NCBI GenBank assembly: GCA_002269645.1
Contig: NIVC01000739.1
Span: forward strand, 131,903 to 195,902
Source of the DNA: Macrostomum lignano
Taxonomy: Eukaryota
Direction of reading: 5' to 3'
Length of the DNA stretch: 64,000 nt
Both the position numbers and the translations under genes were made by a program. Positions 1-12,482 of this stretch are shown here, piece after piece. A model generated the notes under the pieces. It ran no database searches, was not told the DNA's origin, and saw only the letters and a program-made list of their open reading frames with translations. Position 1 is the stretch's first letter. The number at the start of each line of letters is the position of its first letter.

Positions 1-171
1 TCTCCCTGTGCAGCAATAGTATGCCCTGGTTTAGAAAGATAACTCGCATTTGTGGCTTCTGGAATTTAGATTAAAAAGTGCCAAAAACCTCGACAAGAAA
101 GCGGTAAAAACGCAAACTGAAAAAACATCTGTCACATGGAAATGTGGACGCGAAAAATTTCAGTGCAAATT

Positions 172-2317
172 TCACGTGAACTTAACCAGGTACCTCGGCG
201 TGGCCTGCTCTGGCCGGTACACTATGTACTCATCGTTGACGACTCCTCCAGTTTTCTTGGTATTTCTTTTAGCAAACACAGAATCGTAGCCGGCAGCTCG
301 AATCGAATCCAAGGTCAGGTCATGTCTGGGTGCTTTGCATAGCATTGTCTTGCCAAGAACAACCTCGCACAATAGCAGAGTCTTCACTCCGCTCTCCTTA
401 CAGTACTGGGCGCTCTTTGTAGTGTCGGTGGCAAAATAGATACCAGCACCGAACATGCCTTTAGATCCGATGCGAAATCCATCCTTGATGATGCTCTCAG
501 CGCTACTGCCGGAAGTTCCGTGAATGAGCAGTTCTGGGGAGCAATTTTTTTTAAATAGTTCATTATACACATTGTACAGACGCCCATCCAGAGTTGGATT
601 AACAATCCTTTCAATGCTTTTCACTTGGACACTGATTTTGTGCTCCGGTTTTATGTAGCGCATTACTCTATCGTGGATTTTAACGTATTCCAAAGCGGTT
701 TCTTCGCTGTCTTCGTTTAGTATCGTGCGCTCGGTGCCGCCTCTGCCGTCCCGACTGCCGTCAGCCAGCCGCTCCGTGTGAATCTGGGACGCCAGTGACC
801 AGCACTTGGAGCAAAATCGATTGTTCATTCGCCGACAGGAAGTGCGCCAGTCAAGTTCTTCAGTGTGACCGCAGTCAAAACGTCTTTTGCACTTCTCCTG
901 CAAGAAATGGAAGGAATAATTAGCAAATTTTCTTAAAGAATAAAATATGAAAAACGTAAATGATCATACCCGAATCTGCTTTGCGATCTCTTTGAGCACA
1001 CCGTAGCTGTGCTTAAGCTGATCCACCTGCTGTTTGATCTCGTAACGGTTTCTGGGATTTAGCTTCATAATTTGTTGAGCCAATCGACCGACTTCGTCAA
1101 CTCTAGTTTTGAGTCTGTCAGTCTCGGAGCACAAATCGTTTAGTCGTTTATCTTGTTGCTCCAGCAACTGACTTTGCTGCTGTTGCATCCGCTGCTCCTG
1201 TTGTTGCATGGATGGAGACGGTGCAAACATCTTTAGCAGCGCCCCTCTTTTTTGATTAAAAGGCTGACTCGATTTTTCGGCATCCTGCGCTGAAGCTTCG
1301 TTCAAGATAGCAGTCATGGTCTGTTCTATCTGAGTTGTGCACTGCCGCAGTCGTGTGGAAAACTGTTCGCGCATTTGGGCGGCCTCGCCGAAATCCGGTG
1401 GGGTGGCCGCTTCCTCTTCGTAAAGAGTTGGCGGCTGTCGTTGCTGCTGCCTATCCGCATGTTGCTTTCTACGAAAATTTTGATGGCGTCGATCGCGAAA
1501 CGAGCCGGATCGGTGAAACTGTTGATGGAAATTTGTGTCTTCTTTAACTATAGCCTCGGCACCTTGAGAGCCAACACGTCCATCTGAAAGTTGCTGAGGC
1601 CCTTGCCGGTTCATTACAGCCTCAGCTTGAGCCGGCAGAGACTGCATGAAACTTGTCTGAAATAAACAGTACAAAAGGAATTCTCGATGTATAATTTAGG
1701 ACACAAATATTACTGAATAGAACTCAATGAAGACTCATTTTTATCCTTACCTGTGCCGGTGTGACAGCTTCTGAGGTTGTCTTCCAGTTGTCCGAACGAT
1801 GGCTGGAGTCGCCGGTATGCGACAGCTGGAAGGGCGATAGTTTTCTCAAAATGTAGCATCTACATTGATCATTATAAGATATTTTTAAGCATCCATCATC
1901 AACTTGTTGATAAACTTTGAACGTGTGTCAGAGCACTTGTAAAGTAATTTTAAAGCGATTAAAGCAGCTTTACTAGTACTTTGATTGATCGATCGAAAAG
2001 CCCTCACCTGCAGATGCAGATGCTCAATCGCTTCTTTCAGTCCGGCATAGCTCTCTTTTAGGTGTCGCACCTGCTGATCTATCTCACCGCACAGCTCAAC
2101 GTTACCAGAATTGCCCTTGACAAGTTGCCGTCCAAGCCAAGAAACGGTGCTCACGTTGCTCCACCGTTCTTCCACTTCGCGGCTCACGCTTGCCAGACGG
2201 ACACTCGAGTCGCCACTGAGATCGGCTGCATCGGAAATGCTTAGCACTGTCTTCATGGTGGCCTCGATCCAGGCGCGACACTCTTCCAGACTCTCGTGGT
2301 AGGAAGGTTGAGGACGC
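172..2317 (-). CDS. PARP-domain (ADP-ribosyltransferase) protein, 3' exons: spectrin-like/coiled-coil region + Cys/His motif + PARP catalytic domain
   Basis: Phase-compatible GT-AG exons: 2317-2008, 1825-1751, 1656-970, 897-172 (stop). The last exon has HGT, GMFGAGIYFA and DEYIVY (H-Y-E triad), preceded by CxxxxxCGH...CxxC. The start of exon 2317 is the least certain boundary. Confidence 0.88.
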
Positions 2318-2394
2318 CTGCATGGGGTTTTTGAGCAGGTTTTTAAAGTTCTTTGCTTGATGTCATTAAAGTTACAGGTATTCCATTTTGTTAA

Positions 2395-2832
2395 GGCAGT
2401 CGTTATTTTTCCGGTGACCGGACGAATGGCCTTTTTACTATTTGTCCGGTCAAATTGCTAACTGATGAATATTCTAGATTTTTAAGACTTTTTCACGTAT
2501 ACTGATTAATATTTTGTTGTATACTAGTAGACACTAGTGTACATGTATAAGAAAAGCAGTGTATTCAATTCGGCATAATTTGGTGTATAAGACAAACACT
2601 AGTATAACAACATAATAATCAAGATACGAGTAAGAAGTCTTTGAAGTCTAGGATCACCCTTGTAGTTTCTATAAAATAGATATTTTAGCATTATCAATTT
2701 AACCGGTCAAATAATAAAAAGCCTATTTGTCCGGTATTAACCAGATGAACGGGAAAGCAATGGCCATTATCCAGTAACCGGACAAATAACCACATCGCTA
2801 TTCGTCCGGTCACCGGACATATAACAACTGCC
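2395..2832. mobile_element. Non-autonomous DNA transposon (MITE), Mutator-like
   Basis: ~36-bp imperfect TIRs GGCAGTYGTTAT...CCGGTGACCGGACGAAT; exact 9-bp TSD TTTTGTTAA at 2386-2394 and 2833-2841; no ORF. Confidence 0.85.
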
Positions 2833-3347
2833 TTTTGTTAAATTTACGCCTAGACTTTTTAGCTTTAGCTTGGTCAACGTAGTTACCAAAAAATTGTTTA
2901 CCATCGCAATAATGTCAGTTTCACGAGTGACTACAATCTAAACTGATTTTAGAAAGGAATTTTCCTACATCTATAAATGGCAACTGTTGATGACAATTGA
3001 CAGCTGGATTTCTGACGCAAAAAACAGCAACAGAGGCACTCACTAGCTACTGATTAGTAACAAATATGAATGCAAGCCAAGCGACAGCATCACAATGCAA
3101 CAATATCTTACCTTTGAGCACCATAACCCCTGCTGCGACTGCCGCGCATTGATTGGCTACGAACAAAGTTTCCCATGGAGGAAGTCGGCCCTGCCGTCTT
3201 GACAGGGTTATTCTGCTAGAATGAATGAAATCACATGAATATAATAATACAAATAATATTGGATTACACCCACCTTAATGGACCGCAGCTATTGCGCGTT
3301 GCATCTGAAGGCTCATACGGCTGTTCAGTCCAAGGACTGAGGTGTCG

Positions 3348-3524
3348 CCACACACACCCTCAATTACCCCAGCTAATGCTGGCACCCATTTTACAGCTGG
3401 GTGAACTGAAGCAATGAAGATTTAGTGTCTTGCTCAAGGGCACAAATTGTTCCAGTGGGACCAGAATCGAACTGCCGACCTTCCAAGTCGTGAGTCCGAC
3501 GCTCTAACCACTAGGCTACAACCC
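3348..3524 (-). mobile_element. tRNA-derived SINE, family A
   Basis: Minus strand begins with an A box (TAGCCTAGTGG) and B box (GTTCGATTC), then a non-tRNA body (GTGCCCTTGAGCAAGACAC...). A near-identical body is at 17431-17584. Confidence 0.75.
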
Positions 3525-3913
3525 TAATGTCATAAAGGTTTAATGATAGTTGTGAGCACACTGAGCACGATTGATCTGCACCTTGGACTATACTTTGAAA
3601 CTACTTTGAAACAGCTCTCATACTCGTACGTGTACATGTACTCGTAGCTCGTAGTGTGATCAAAAGAATCACTTAATGTGCAGTACAATTGAAAAAGGTT
3701 CAATCACCAAAGCAATTTGCTGGAGTCTTGACAGGTCCAACTGCTACTGGATGCATTTGAGACAAGCACTTAATTGTTAAGGTTGCAGCAAATGCAGCAG
3801 AAGTTGAGCGAATAGTTCCAGTTAGTTGTAAGCTTTCGATTATCAGTAGAGCTCTGAAAAGCGACCGATAAACATTGAAAATTGTTGGTAGAGACGCTGA
3901 ATTCCAGCGTTAC

Positions 3914-4086
3914 GCAACAGCCTGCAGATGGTTGAGAGAAGGCAAGAGTTTTCCGAATGGCCTACCATTCTTGATCCAGTGGTTCATCGAATTTATCTGG
4001 ATGAGACTGGACTCAAGATTCGGACTCGAAGAAAACGAGGTCCTGCACCATTCATTTATATCTAATAAGGTCATCAAGTGAATGAA
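3914..4086 (-). CDS. Candidate internal exon (spectrin-like helix) linking the zinc-ribbon exon to the PARP exons
   Basis: Acceptor TCTTGCAG| at 4087; open frame FIHLMTLLDINEWCRTSF...; donor GC|GTAACG. Phase 0 in and phase 2 out match the flanking exons. The donor is weak. Confidence 0.45.
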
Positions 4087-4682
4087 CTGCAAGAGATTTA
4101 TTTAACCAACCAAATATTGGACTTATCTACCACAATTTTTTGAGCCAAACTATGACTGTGATCTATTTCATCAGTGCATCAATAACTGCATTAATGGTGC
4201 AGTCTACTCGACGTTAATGGACTGAATTTCCAACAACAGGCGCCCATCATTATATGGGCGCCTGTTACAAAATGGAGCTCGGATTCCGGAATTACATCAA
4301 GGCGGATTCAGCTCATCCAAATACTATCATATTCTACGATTATGAATTTATGAGAGGTAATTACCCGGTGTTGGTACAGTGACAATAGCTCAAATTAATT
4401 GCATTACACAGCTGTAACTCGTGCTTGGGTTACATAGCCGCTATGGACAAATTAAGTGCTACTGTGCCACCATATCTTGCTACCATAGACAAAAACTCCA
4501 TAACTTTAGCAGACAGACCTTGGATTAAATTCAATGTGTGCTACCGATAAATGGCACAATGGGTGCTACCCATTGGGCTGCAAAAAGCTATACCTGCGCC
4601 ACTTGGTATATATTTCATAAAGGTGTTAAAGTTGTCTGCAGATTTCTAATCAAAAGTAAAAACATTAAGAAAAAGCACTTAC

Positions 4683-5702
4683 ATCTAAATGCAGCTGCTG
4701 AGCTTGACTTTGAGACTGACCCGTTCGAGTTACAGGTGCAGCTCGAACAGTTGTAGGGGCTGGCTGAGTTGTGGCAAGCTGAACTACAGGTGCAGCTTCA
4801 GCAGTTGTAGCTGGCTGAGATGTGGCAAGCTGAACTACAGGTGCAGCTCGAACAGTTGTAGGGGCTGGCTGAGATGTGGCAAGCTGAACTACAGGTGCAG
4901 CTCGAACAGTTGTAGGGGCTGGCTGAGATGTGGCAAGCTGAACTACAGGGGCAGCTTCAGCAGTTGTAGGAGCTGGCTGAGGTGTGGCAAGCTGAACTAC
5001 AGGTGCAGCTTGAACAGTTGTAGGGGCTGGCTGAGTTGTGGCAAGCTGAACTACAGGTGCAGCTTGAACAGTTGTAGGGGCTGGCTGAGTTGTGGCAAGC
5101 TGAACTACAGGTGCAGCTTGAACAGTTGTAGGGGCTGGCTGAGATATGGCAAGCTGAACTACAGGTGCAGCTTGAACAGTTGTAGGGGCTGGCTGAGATG
5201 TGGCAAGTTGAACTACAGGTGCAGCTCCAGAAGTTTTATTCGCAGGTGCCGACTGATATTGAGCATGTAACGGAGCAGCCTGGACAACACATTTCGCACT
5301 TTCTGAGGATTCTTGCTTGGGTAAAGTCGTGGTTTCTGCAGAGCAGTCAGCAGAAAATAGTTGAAAGCCACTGGATTCACCGCATTCGGAGCAAAACTTG
5401 CTGTCCAGTTCATCGGCTTCCTCTTCACATGAGATACAGCTCTTCCTCCACAAATCAATTTGGTGTAGGCATGGCGACGCAGAAAGCAAACATTTCGAGC
5501 AATAGTATTTAAAAAACTCTTTTTGTCCGCATCGTGCACAAAACTTAGCGTGCAACTTCTTAAGTATTGTATTGCACTTCAAACATTTTTTATACAAATT
5601 AGTTGACAGATTATTACAACTGTTCATGGCTGATAACTTTTGGTCTTTACTTTCTTGTTCAGCAGAACATAAATTGTACATAAGAAAATTTAGAAGTAAC
5701 AA
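4683..5702 (-). CDS. Double-zinc-ribbon exon with 18-aa Thr/Pro/Ala tandem repeat; probable 5' part of the PARP gene
   Basis: CxxC pairs (CLKC, CARC, CSKC, CISC, CSEC) followed by ~9 x AAPVVQLATTQPAPTTVQ; strong donor GAT|GTAAGT at 4683/4682. The true start codon is not defined. Confidence 0.65.
4745..5225. repeat. Coding 54-bp tandem repeat (~9 copies)
   Basis: Unit GGCAAGCTGAACTACAGGTGCAGCTTGAACAGTTGTAGGGGCTGGCTGAGTTGT; a multiple of 3, so it keeps the frame. Confidence 0.95.
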
Positions 5703-7379
5703 ATTCTTAAGTAGACTTAGAACTGCGATTCGTGGTGTTACGCCTTACGCCGTTACGGTGAAAACAGTCAAAGCAGAGCTAGAGACGATCAATCAAAACT
5801 TACAAGCGTGAAGTTCGTATACTATTTAGAATACGAACATATATATCGAATATTAAATCCAAGACATAGAATCTGCAAATAGTTTACAAATGAACTGTCT
5901 TTTAAAGACTGCAGAAATACGGCTGACGAAGAGCACTGCACACAACTATAAGTTCCTTATTTCCGCGCCTATTTAGCCGCAAAATCGAAAATCGCCGTTC
6001 TAGGAATAAGTGTTATTTAAAAACGCACGCTTAATTTAGTATAACAAATTAAAAGCACCCAAGCAAGCAATCAAGTAAAAGTCTTGATTATTTAAGACAA
6101 GATATTTAAAAGTTTTTTAATCTGAAACTTAATGGCTTAAAAGCGCATTTTATCGTGCTAAAACAAGCACCCACTGAACTGGCTTAATAACCTTAATACT
6201 GAAACCACTGAAAACTGAAATCGATTGTTAAAGAATACTATACAATGGAGCTAGGCGATAGTATAGCCTAAAATTTGGCTTTTTTATAATGTATAATACG
6301 TACTGTAATTGCTTTAAATGGGCATTAGTACCTATTCGACCATTTCCTTAAAGGACTTTTGACCATGCATAAAATTACCATGCATAAAATATTAAAATAT
6401 GGCCGACATATAAGACAATGAAAAAGTGCTAGGCCTAACACAACAGACTTAGCAGTCTTAGCTCAGGGTATGGCCTATCTGGGTTTGGCCTGTGTTTGCA
6501 CCAAAAAATGTTAAATAAAATTCTGCAAACTTGAACATATCATTGTAGTGCTCAGTGCTGTGCTGGAGTTAAAGTTGAAGTAAGGTCTAGGCCTATATAA
6601 TATAGACTAACAACTTAAGTATAAAACCTTACCTTAGTAAGCCTTGGCTGCTTTGCTGTTTGCTTAGTTTTCTGCCTGAATTATATTCTGGGCTTATCAG
6701 GTTAGGTTGTATATTCTATATTTATTAGTATGTATTTTAATTAGGCCTAGGGCCTAGCTAATTTAATTAGGCCTAAGCTAAGAAATTGAGTTGATTGATT
6801 TATTTACTAGGCCTACTAGGCCCAGCCTATAGTATAAGCATTAGACTTGGTTGTAAACTCTAGATTCTAGATTCTTATACTTATACCTAGCTTAGGCCTA
6901 CCTAACCTAGGCTAAGGCCCTAAGCCTATTTACTAAGACAATTTTTCTTGATTTAAATTTTTTTCATTAAGGCCTAGGACTAGGCCTAGGTTGGTTTCAT
7001 CATTTCATTTACTGATTTGGTCTAGCCCCTAATTACCCAAATATGACTATGCCACTTTTGGATTCTTTTATACCAAGTTTTTAAGCTATAACTATTTTTA
7101 TTTGTCTTTAGTTTTGACTTATAACATAGCTAATACATAGGACTACCTATCAATAATAAAACCAACTGAATCTGAATTTCAACATAGCTATAGTCTAGAT
7201 CATGCTAGTGTATACCTAGTTGCCTACATAGCCACGCTCTCAAGTCTAAGCTAGGCATAATATTGCAATAATAAATGACTTTTGCATTATGACAATAAAT
7301 GACCTTTTTGTGCTGTATCAAAGACCCTTTTAGCTGATATTATTTATCTTTCTTGCTTATCCTAATTATAACAAAAAAC

Positions 7380-8440
7380 TAGCAATCTTTGCCCCCCCCA
7401 TAAAGGATATCTAGATAGAATCTTTGTTCTTTACAAGTAAAAAATAGACAGCAAAAAATCCCAAGACAGCAAACATCCCAGACAACAGCATGTAAATATC
7501 TCCTAAATAGCAAGCATCCCCCAAATAGCAAGCTCCTCCCTAAATACAATAGCAAAAAGCATCTTCTAGATAGCAAACCCCCTCTCAGATAAAAAGTACC
7601 CTCTATCCCAAGAGCAAGCATCCTCTAATATTAAGTTATCTCATATAGCAAGCATCTTTCCAATAGCAAACATCCCCCTAATAGCAATAATCTATCCTTA
7701 AATATCAAGCATCTACCAAGACAACAAGTAGCTAGTGCAATAATATCATTAGCTTTATAGTGGCTCCTTTATGTCAGGCATGAAGCTTCTTTTTACATTT
7801 GAAATGGTGTTTCTTTATGTTTGACATGGTGGCTCTTTTATGCTTGACATGGTGGCTCTTTAATTTTTGACATGGAGTCACATATATGTTTGACATGGAG
7901 TCACATATATGTTTGACATGGAGTCACATATATGTTTGGCATAGAGTCACATATATGTTTGACATTGAGTCACGTATATGTTTGACATGGAATCATGTAT
8001 ATATTTTACATGGTGGCTCTTTTATGTTTGACATGGCTCTTTAGTGTTCAACATGGTGGCTCTTTAATGTTTGACATGGTGGCTCTTTAATGTTTGACAC
8101 AGTGGCTCTTTTATGCTTGACATGGTGGCTCTTTAATTTTTGACATGGAGTCACATATATGTTATGTTTGACATGGAGTCACATATATGTTTTACATGGT
8201 GGCTCTTTTATGGTTGACATGGTGGCTCTTTATGTTTGACATGGTTGCTCTTTAATGTTCAGCATGGTGTCACTTCAATGTTTGACATGGAGTCATGTAT
8301 ATGTTTGACAAGGTTACTCTTTAATGTCTGACAAGGAGTCACAAATATGTTTGACATGAAGTCATATATATGTCTAACATGGTAGCTCTTTAATGTTTGA
8401 CATGGAGTCACATAAATGTTTTACATGGTGGCTTTTTATG
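7380..8440. repeat. Degenerate ~20-bp AT-rich repeat, then a ~22-23-bp minisatellite with two interspersed unit variants
   Basis: ATAGCAAGCATCCCC-like units (7380-7740); then TGTTTGACATGGAGTCACATATA / TGTTTGACATGGTGGCTCTTTA units (7800-8440). Confidence 0.85.
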
Positions 8441-10001
8441 TTTGTAATTGTAATTGTAAAATCAATTGGCAATTAGTGACTAACAATAAAAGTGTTGCAG
8501 AACTTGCAGCATGATAATTGATAAATAAATAATATAATTTTAATGATAATTAGTAATTACCAACTCATTATAAAGTATATATATATATATGGTGAAGGCT
8601 ATTTTTTATCTAAAAACTTGTTTTAAGAAAGAAAATATGTTTTTTCACCCTTGTTGACCAAAAAATGAAGTATTTATCATTTCTTTCTATAAAAATTACA
8701 TCACTATTTCATTCATTTTAAAGAAATTTTGATTGTTTGCATGTTCAAAATTTCAAAAGTATTGGACTATTGATAAAATTTGAAAATTTTATCAAAAGTT
8801 ACCAAAGTCTAATATTGTCAAAAAAGTATTGGCTTCTAATACTCCGATACCCAAAATGTATTGCCAATAGTATTGGAGTATCAGAGTATCGGAATTATGC
8901 CCAAAACTGACAATAATCCATGTCTCAGCTAGTGCAATAATATTAGTACTAATGAATATATAGCTTTCCATTTTTGAGATTTGGGTTCCTTGAATTAAAG
9001 ATTAACAATTGGAACTCTATGAGTATAAGTTCTAGTTCTAAGGATCTTGGTTTAGGATAACAAAGTTTAAGGTATTTTTTATTCATTTTATTTTATTTTT
9101 ATTTGAGTCACTATGGTAATTATCCTATATAATTTTAGCTACTTGGTTATTAACAAGTTAACTATTTTTAAGTATGGTCTTTTGTTAAAAAGGTGAATTG
9201 ATCATTAAAATTGCCTTGGAATTTTGAGTTTAATTTATCTCAAAATTGTGTAGACTAATTAAGAAGCCCAATAAACTAATGATATATAAAGTCTTTTGTG
9301 ATTTTTCAACATAGCTACAACCACACCAGACATTCTTTATTATTGCTTTTGTTGTGCTATGTGGAACAGTGGGCATGCAAAAAGGAATGGCCCATTAGAG
9401 TTCTATGGTCAAGTGTTTAAATTAACTTGAGAAAACAAGCCATAGACATCTCAATTGGTCATGCTATATGGAACAATGAGCCAGAATAAAAGGAATGGTT
9501 TGAGTTTTTCTACAATGACAACAAGACGCTTTCATTTTCTATTGGTTAGTCAAGTTAAGCTATATGTAGCTTGTATAATACAATAGGTCCACAAATATCT
9601 ATACGCAATGGATGACATATCGCTGCCACCTTGCCCTGCAAGGAAATTCAAAAAAGGCATATGTGTTAGTTTTATTAAGAGTATAAAATTCTTTTGTTCA
9701 CCGCATTCGGTCAACATTTGTACAGGCCAGCAGGTTAGAAGCTGTCACTTAGCTGATTACTGCCATCAACTGGACCCTAATGGAAACTGAGCAATTTTGA
9801 TGGATGGCTTGAGTTTTCACTGTAGCATATGGCGATCCCAGATCAGAACATCAGAACAGAATTTCAACATGAATCCTGATGGAGTGACACTTGAGCAGTG
9901 GAGATTCATGTTATTTGAGTGAGAGGCGGCTGAAGCTGTTGGCCAAGCAATCACTGCTGACAGTGTGCTGGCTAGGAGCTGCACTGCAACCAATATTGTG
10001 T

Positions 10002-10890
10002 TGTATCCCCCTTCCTCGCTGGCATGGCCGGGTTGGGCGACGGGTAGCGGTGTCGAGGTTCGGGTACTAGACTGCCCAGGGCTTACGAGCTCGATCGGCG
10101 ACCCCGAGGCGTACGGACACTTCGGGGGGAGGTCAAGGTTGAGAAGTCGAGAGAGAGGGGAGGGGCGGCTGTGGGCGGGCGGCCACTCGACAGCCTGGTG
10201 AGTCAAGGAAGAGAGAGAGGGCTGTGGGCGGTCGGCCACTCGACAGCCTGGTGAATCAAGGAAAAGAGAGAGGGCTGTGGGCAGGCGGCCACTCGACAGC
10301 CTGGTGAGTCAAGGAAGAGAGAGAGGGCTGCGGGCAGTCGGCCACTCGACAGCCTGGTGAGTCAGACTGAGGAGAGAGTGAGAGAGAGAGAGATCAGGAG
10401 AGCGACCCCGAGGAACACAGGCAATTGTCTCGACAGCTTACCGGGCCGGGTCGATTATAGCACTCATACACGGGAAGGCCGATCAATTGCAATAAATTGA
10501 GTCTTCGCAGTAAGAGACCGTCTTTACGGTTGATCGCTGGTCACGTTCGTTTATTTATCGCGGTGGGCGCAAATGGGCGCAGGCACGGTGAGAAAAGGGG
10601 CGGGGTCTGAGCGTCGCCTTAAATAACGAGTAAAAAGGGGCAGGGGCGCAAACAAGGGGGGGGGGAGAAAGGGCTTAAACAATGGAGCTGATTGACAGCT
10701 GATTGGCTGCGGCGAGGGGAGGGTGGAAGCGCGCACGGCCAGGGAGAGGGAGAGAGAGCAGAGGCCCAGCCAATCAGCACGGCTAGCCAAAGGGCTAAAC
10801 AGCCAAGGCGAGAGAGAGAGAGAAAGAGAGCAGAGGCTCAGCCAAAGGGCTCATAGCTCCAGACTGGCTTGAGCCGGGGGGGGGGTAACA
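10002..10890. mobile_element. GC-rich ~0.9-kb insert, probably TE-derived (LTR-like or TIR element), class unresolved
   Basis: Sharp GC island in AT-rich DNA; ends TGTATCCCCC...GGGGGTAACA (imperfect inverted, TG..CA); internal ~56-bp tandem repeat x4 at ~10160-10370; no clear TSD. Confidence 0.45.
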
Positions 10891-11644
10891 ATAATCAACT
10901 ACCAAAGTCAACAACTATCAAAGTGCACTTGCACCAAGGGAGCACTGTGACACAGGTCACAACAATTGCTTGAACCGTGTTTGTAGCAACATCTGTTTTA
11001 CTTGTAAGAGTTGACTTTTTAAAGTTTTGATGATTTTAATTTGTGACAAAATAGGTTTTATTTATATTAGTTTTTATTCTTTTTATAAATAAAACTCAAA
11101 TTGTTCTTTCTATTCTGGCTCATCATTCCATATAGCATGAAAAATTGAGTTGTCTGTGGCTTGCTTTCTCAAGTTAATTCAATTGCTTAACCATAGAATT
11201 CTATAGGCCATTCCGTTTTGCATGTCCCCTGTTCCACATAGCACGACAAAAGCAATATTACTTCTGTTAAGTAGTATAAAATGTAGGTGCATGTAGTGTG
11301 CATAGGCAAAGTACACTATTTTATTGCCTATTTTGAAAAGTTGTCTTTTTAAAAACTTTCGAAGCTTTTATTCAGTCACCATAAACTGGCCCAGTGGCTC
11401 CCGAAAGTCAATTAGACCATACTGGCCTTGTTTTAAGACAGAACTGACTCAATAAAACTCAACTGTATTAAAATCTTGTCTGGTAAAAATCGCTTGCAGA
11501 AATACTTTTGAAACAAAAATATCTGTAGAAGAGAGACACATGAAATTCAGTCAATACACCAAACTGTGTATAGTATATTTGATAACAATTTTCGATTTTT
11601 TCCTGCAGTTAGTATAGCAGACAGTTCAGTAACAAATAGACTGT

Positions 11645-12004
11645 CTAAAGGCTTGTGTTACCACGTTTCAATAGCAGTCCTTGACGAGCCAGCTTGTCGC
11701 GAGTTGAAGCTGTCATGGCAAGCCAGTCGTCTGCTGTAGGACTGACGCAGCGTATCCGACGGTATTCTAGTCGAAGATAGATTATTTCTGTGTCGATTCT
11801 TCGTCTAGCTTCAAGCTTGCGCCGATTAATCAGGTCCAGTTGGTGCTGCAACGAATGCTGAATCACTTCGCGAACTTTAACGGCCGCTGTTAGTTCGCGC
11901 CTGCTCCATCCGTTAAAGCTGTTACTGCTGCCGCCTCGTTTAGCAGCCATTGCTTCCCAATGCTTCACTGGAATGCTTGAATGCTTAATCTGTTTCCTTG
12001 ACAA
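11645..12004 (-). CDS. Hypothetical 119-aa basic protein with a predicted helical/coiled-coil core
   Basis: ATG-to-stop ORF with higher GC than its flanks and a heptad-like segment LQHQLDLINRRKLEARRRIDTEIIYLRLEYRRIR. No family recognised. Confidence 0.4.
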   Translation of the reverse strand: MSRKQIKHSSIPVKHWEAMAAKRGGSSNSFNGWSRRELTAAVKVREVIQHSLQHQLDLINRRKLEARRRIDTEIIYLRLEYRRIRCVSPTADDWLAMTASTRDKLARQGLLLKRGNTSL

Positions 12005-12482
12005 TAGCCGGCGTTTTGGGTGATAGAGCAGAAATATAGAGATTCGGGTTTGAGTCTGAGCTGCATACTAATAAGCCGTATAAATATGGAATGCTCAATG
12101 CAGCCCGTTCCCATGCCAAACTGGGATGAGTGGTAAATTTTGAGTTGAACCGTTAGTCATTGGCTGCTGCTGAGCTGTACTTTCTCTTACAGAGAGTAGA
12201 AACGAAGGGTATCTTGAGAGACAGAAATACAATGACAATGTCACTGGAATAGGAACTGCATCAAGTCAGAATTTGCATTCGTCTGGCATTGAGTATCGTG
12301 AATAAATACTCCAATCCAATAGCTGGGGACGAAATCAAAGGTGTGCAAAACCAATAGGCAAATTTGGAATACGGAAAGTGAGTTGCAGGTACGGAGTGAC
12401 AAACAGACTCTAGCTGCAAGATAATGGCGGATTGGAAATTGACTAGAATATGCCTAGCTCACAGATAAAACTGAGGCTACAT

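Noticed and set aside
3348-3524. SINE heads (also 17431, 17959, 48560) as tRNA genes
   Set aside because: A/B boxes are present, but there is no closing acceptor stem and they run into a shared non-tRNA body.
4689-5270. 193-aa Cys/Arg-rich plus-strand ORF
   Set aside because: Antisense shadow of the 54-bp coding repeat.
5900-7370. AT-rich tract with recurrent CTAGGCCT words
   Set aside because: No periodicity, ORF, termini or TSD that I could define.
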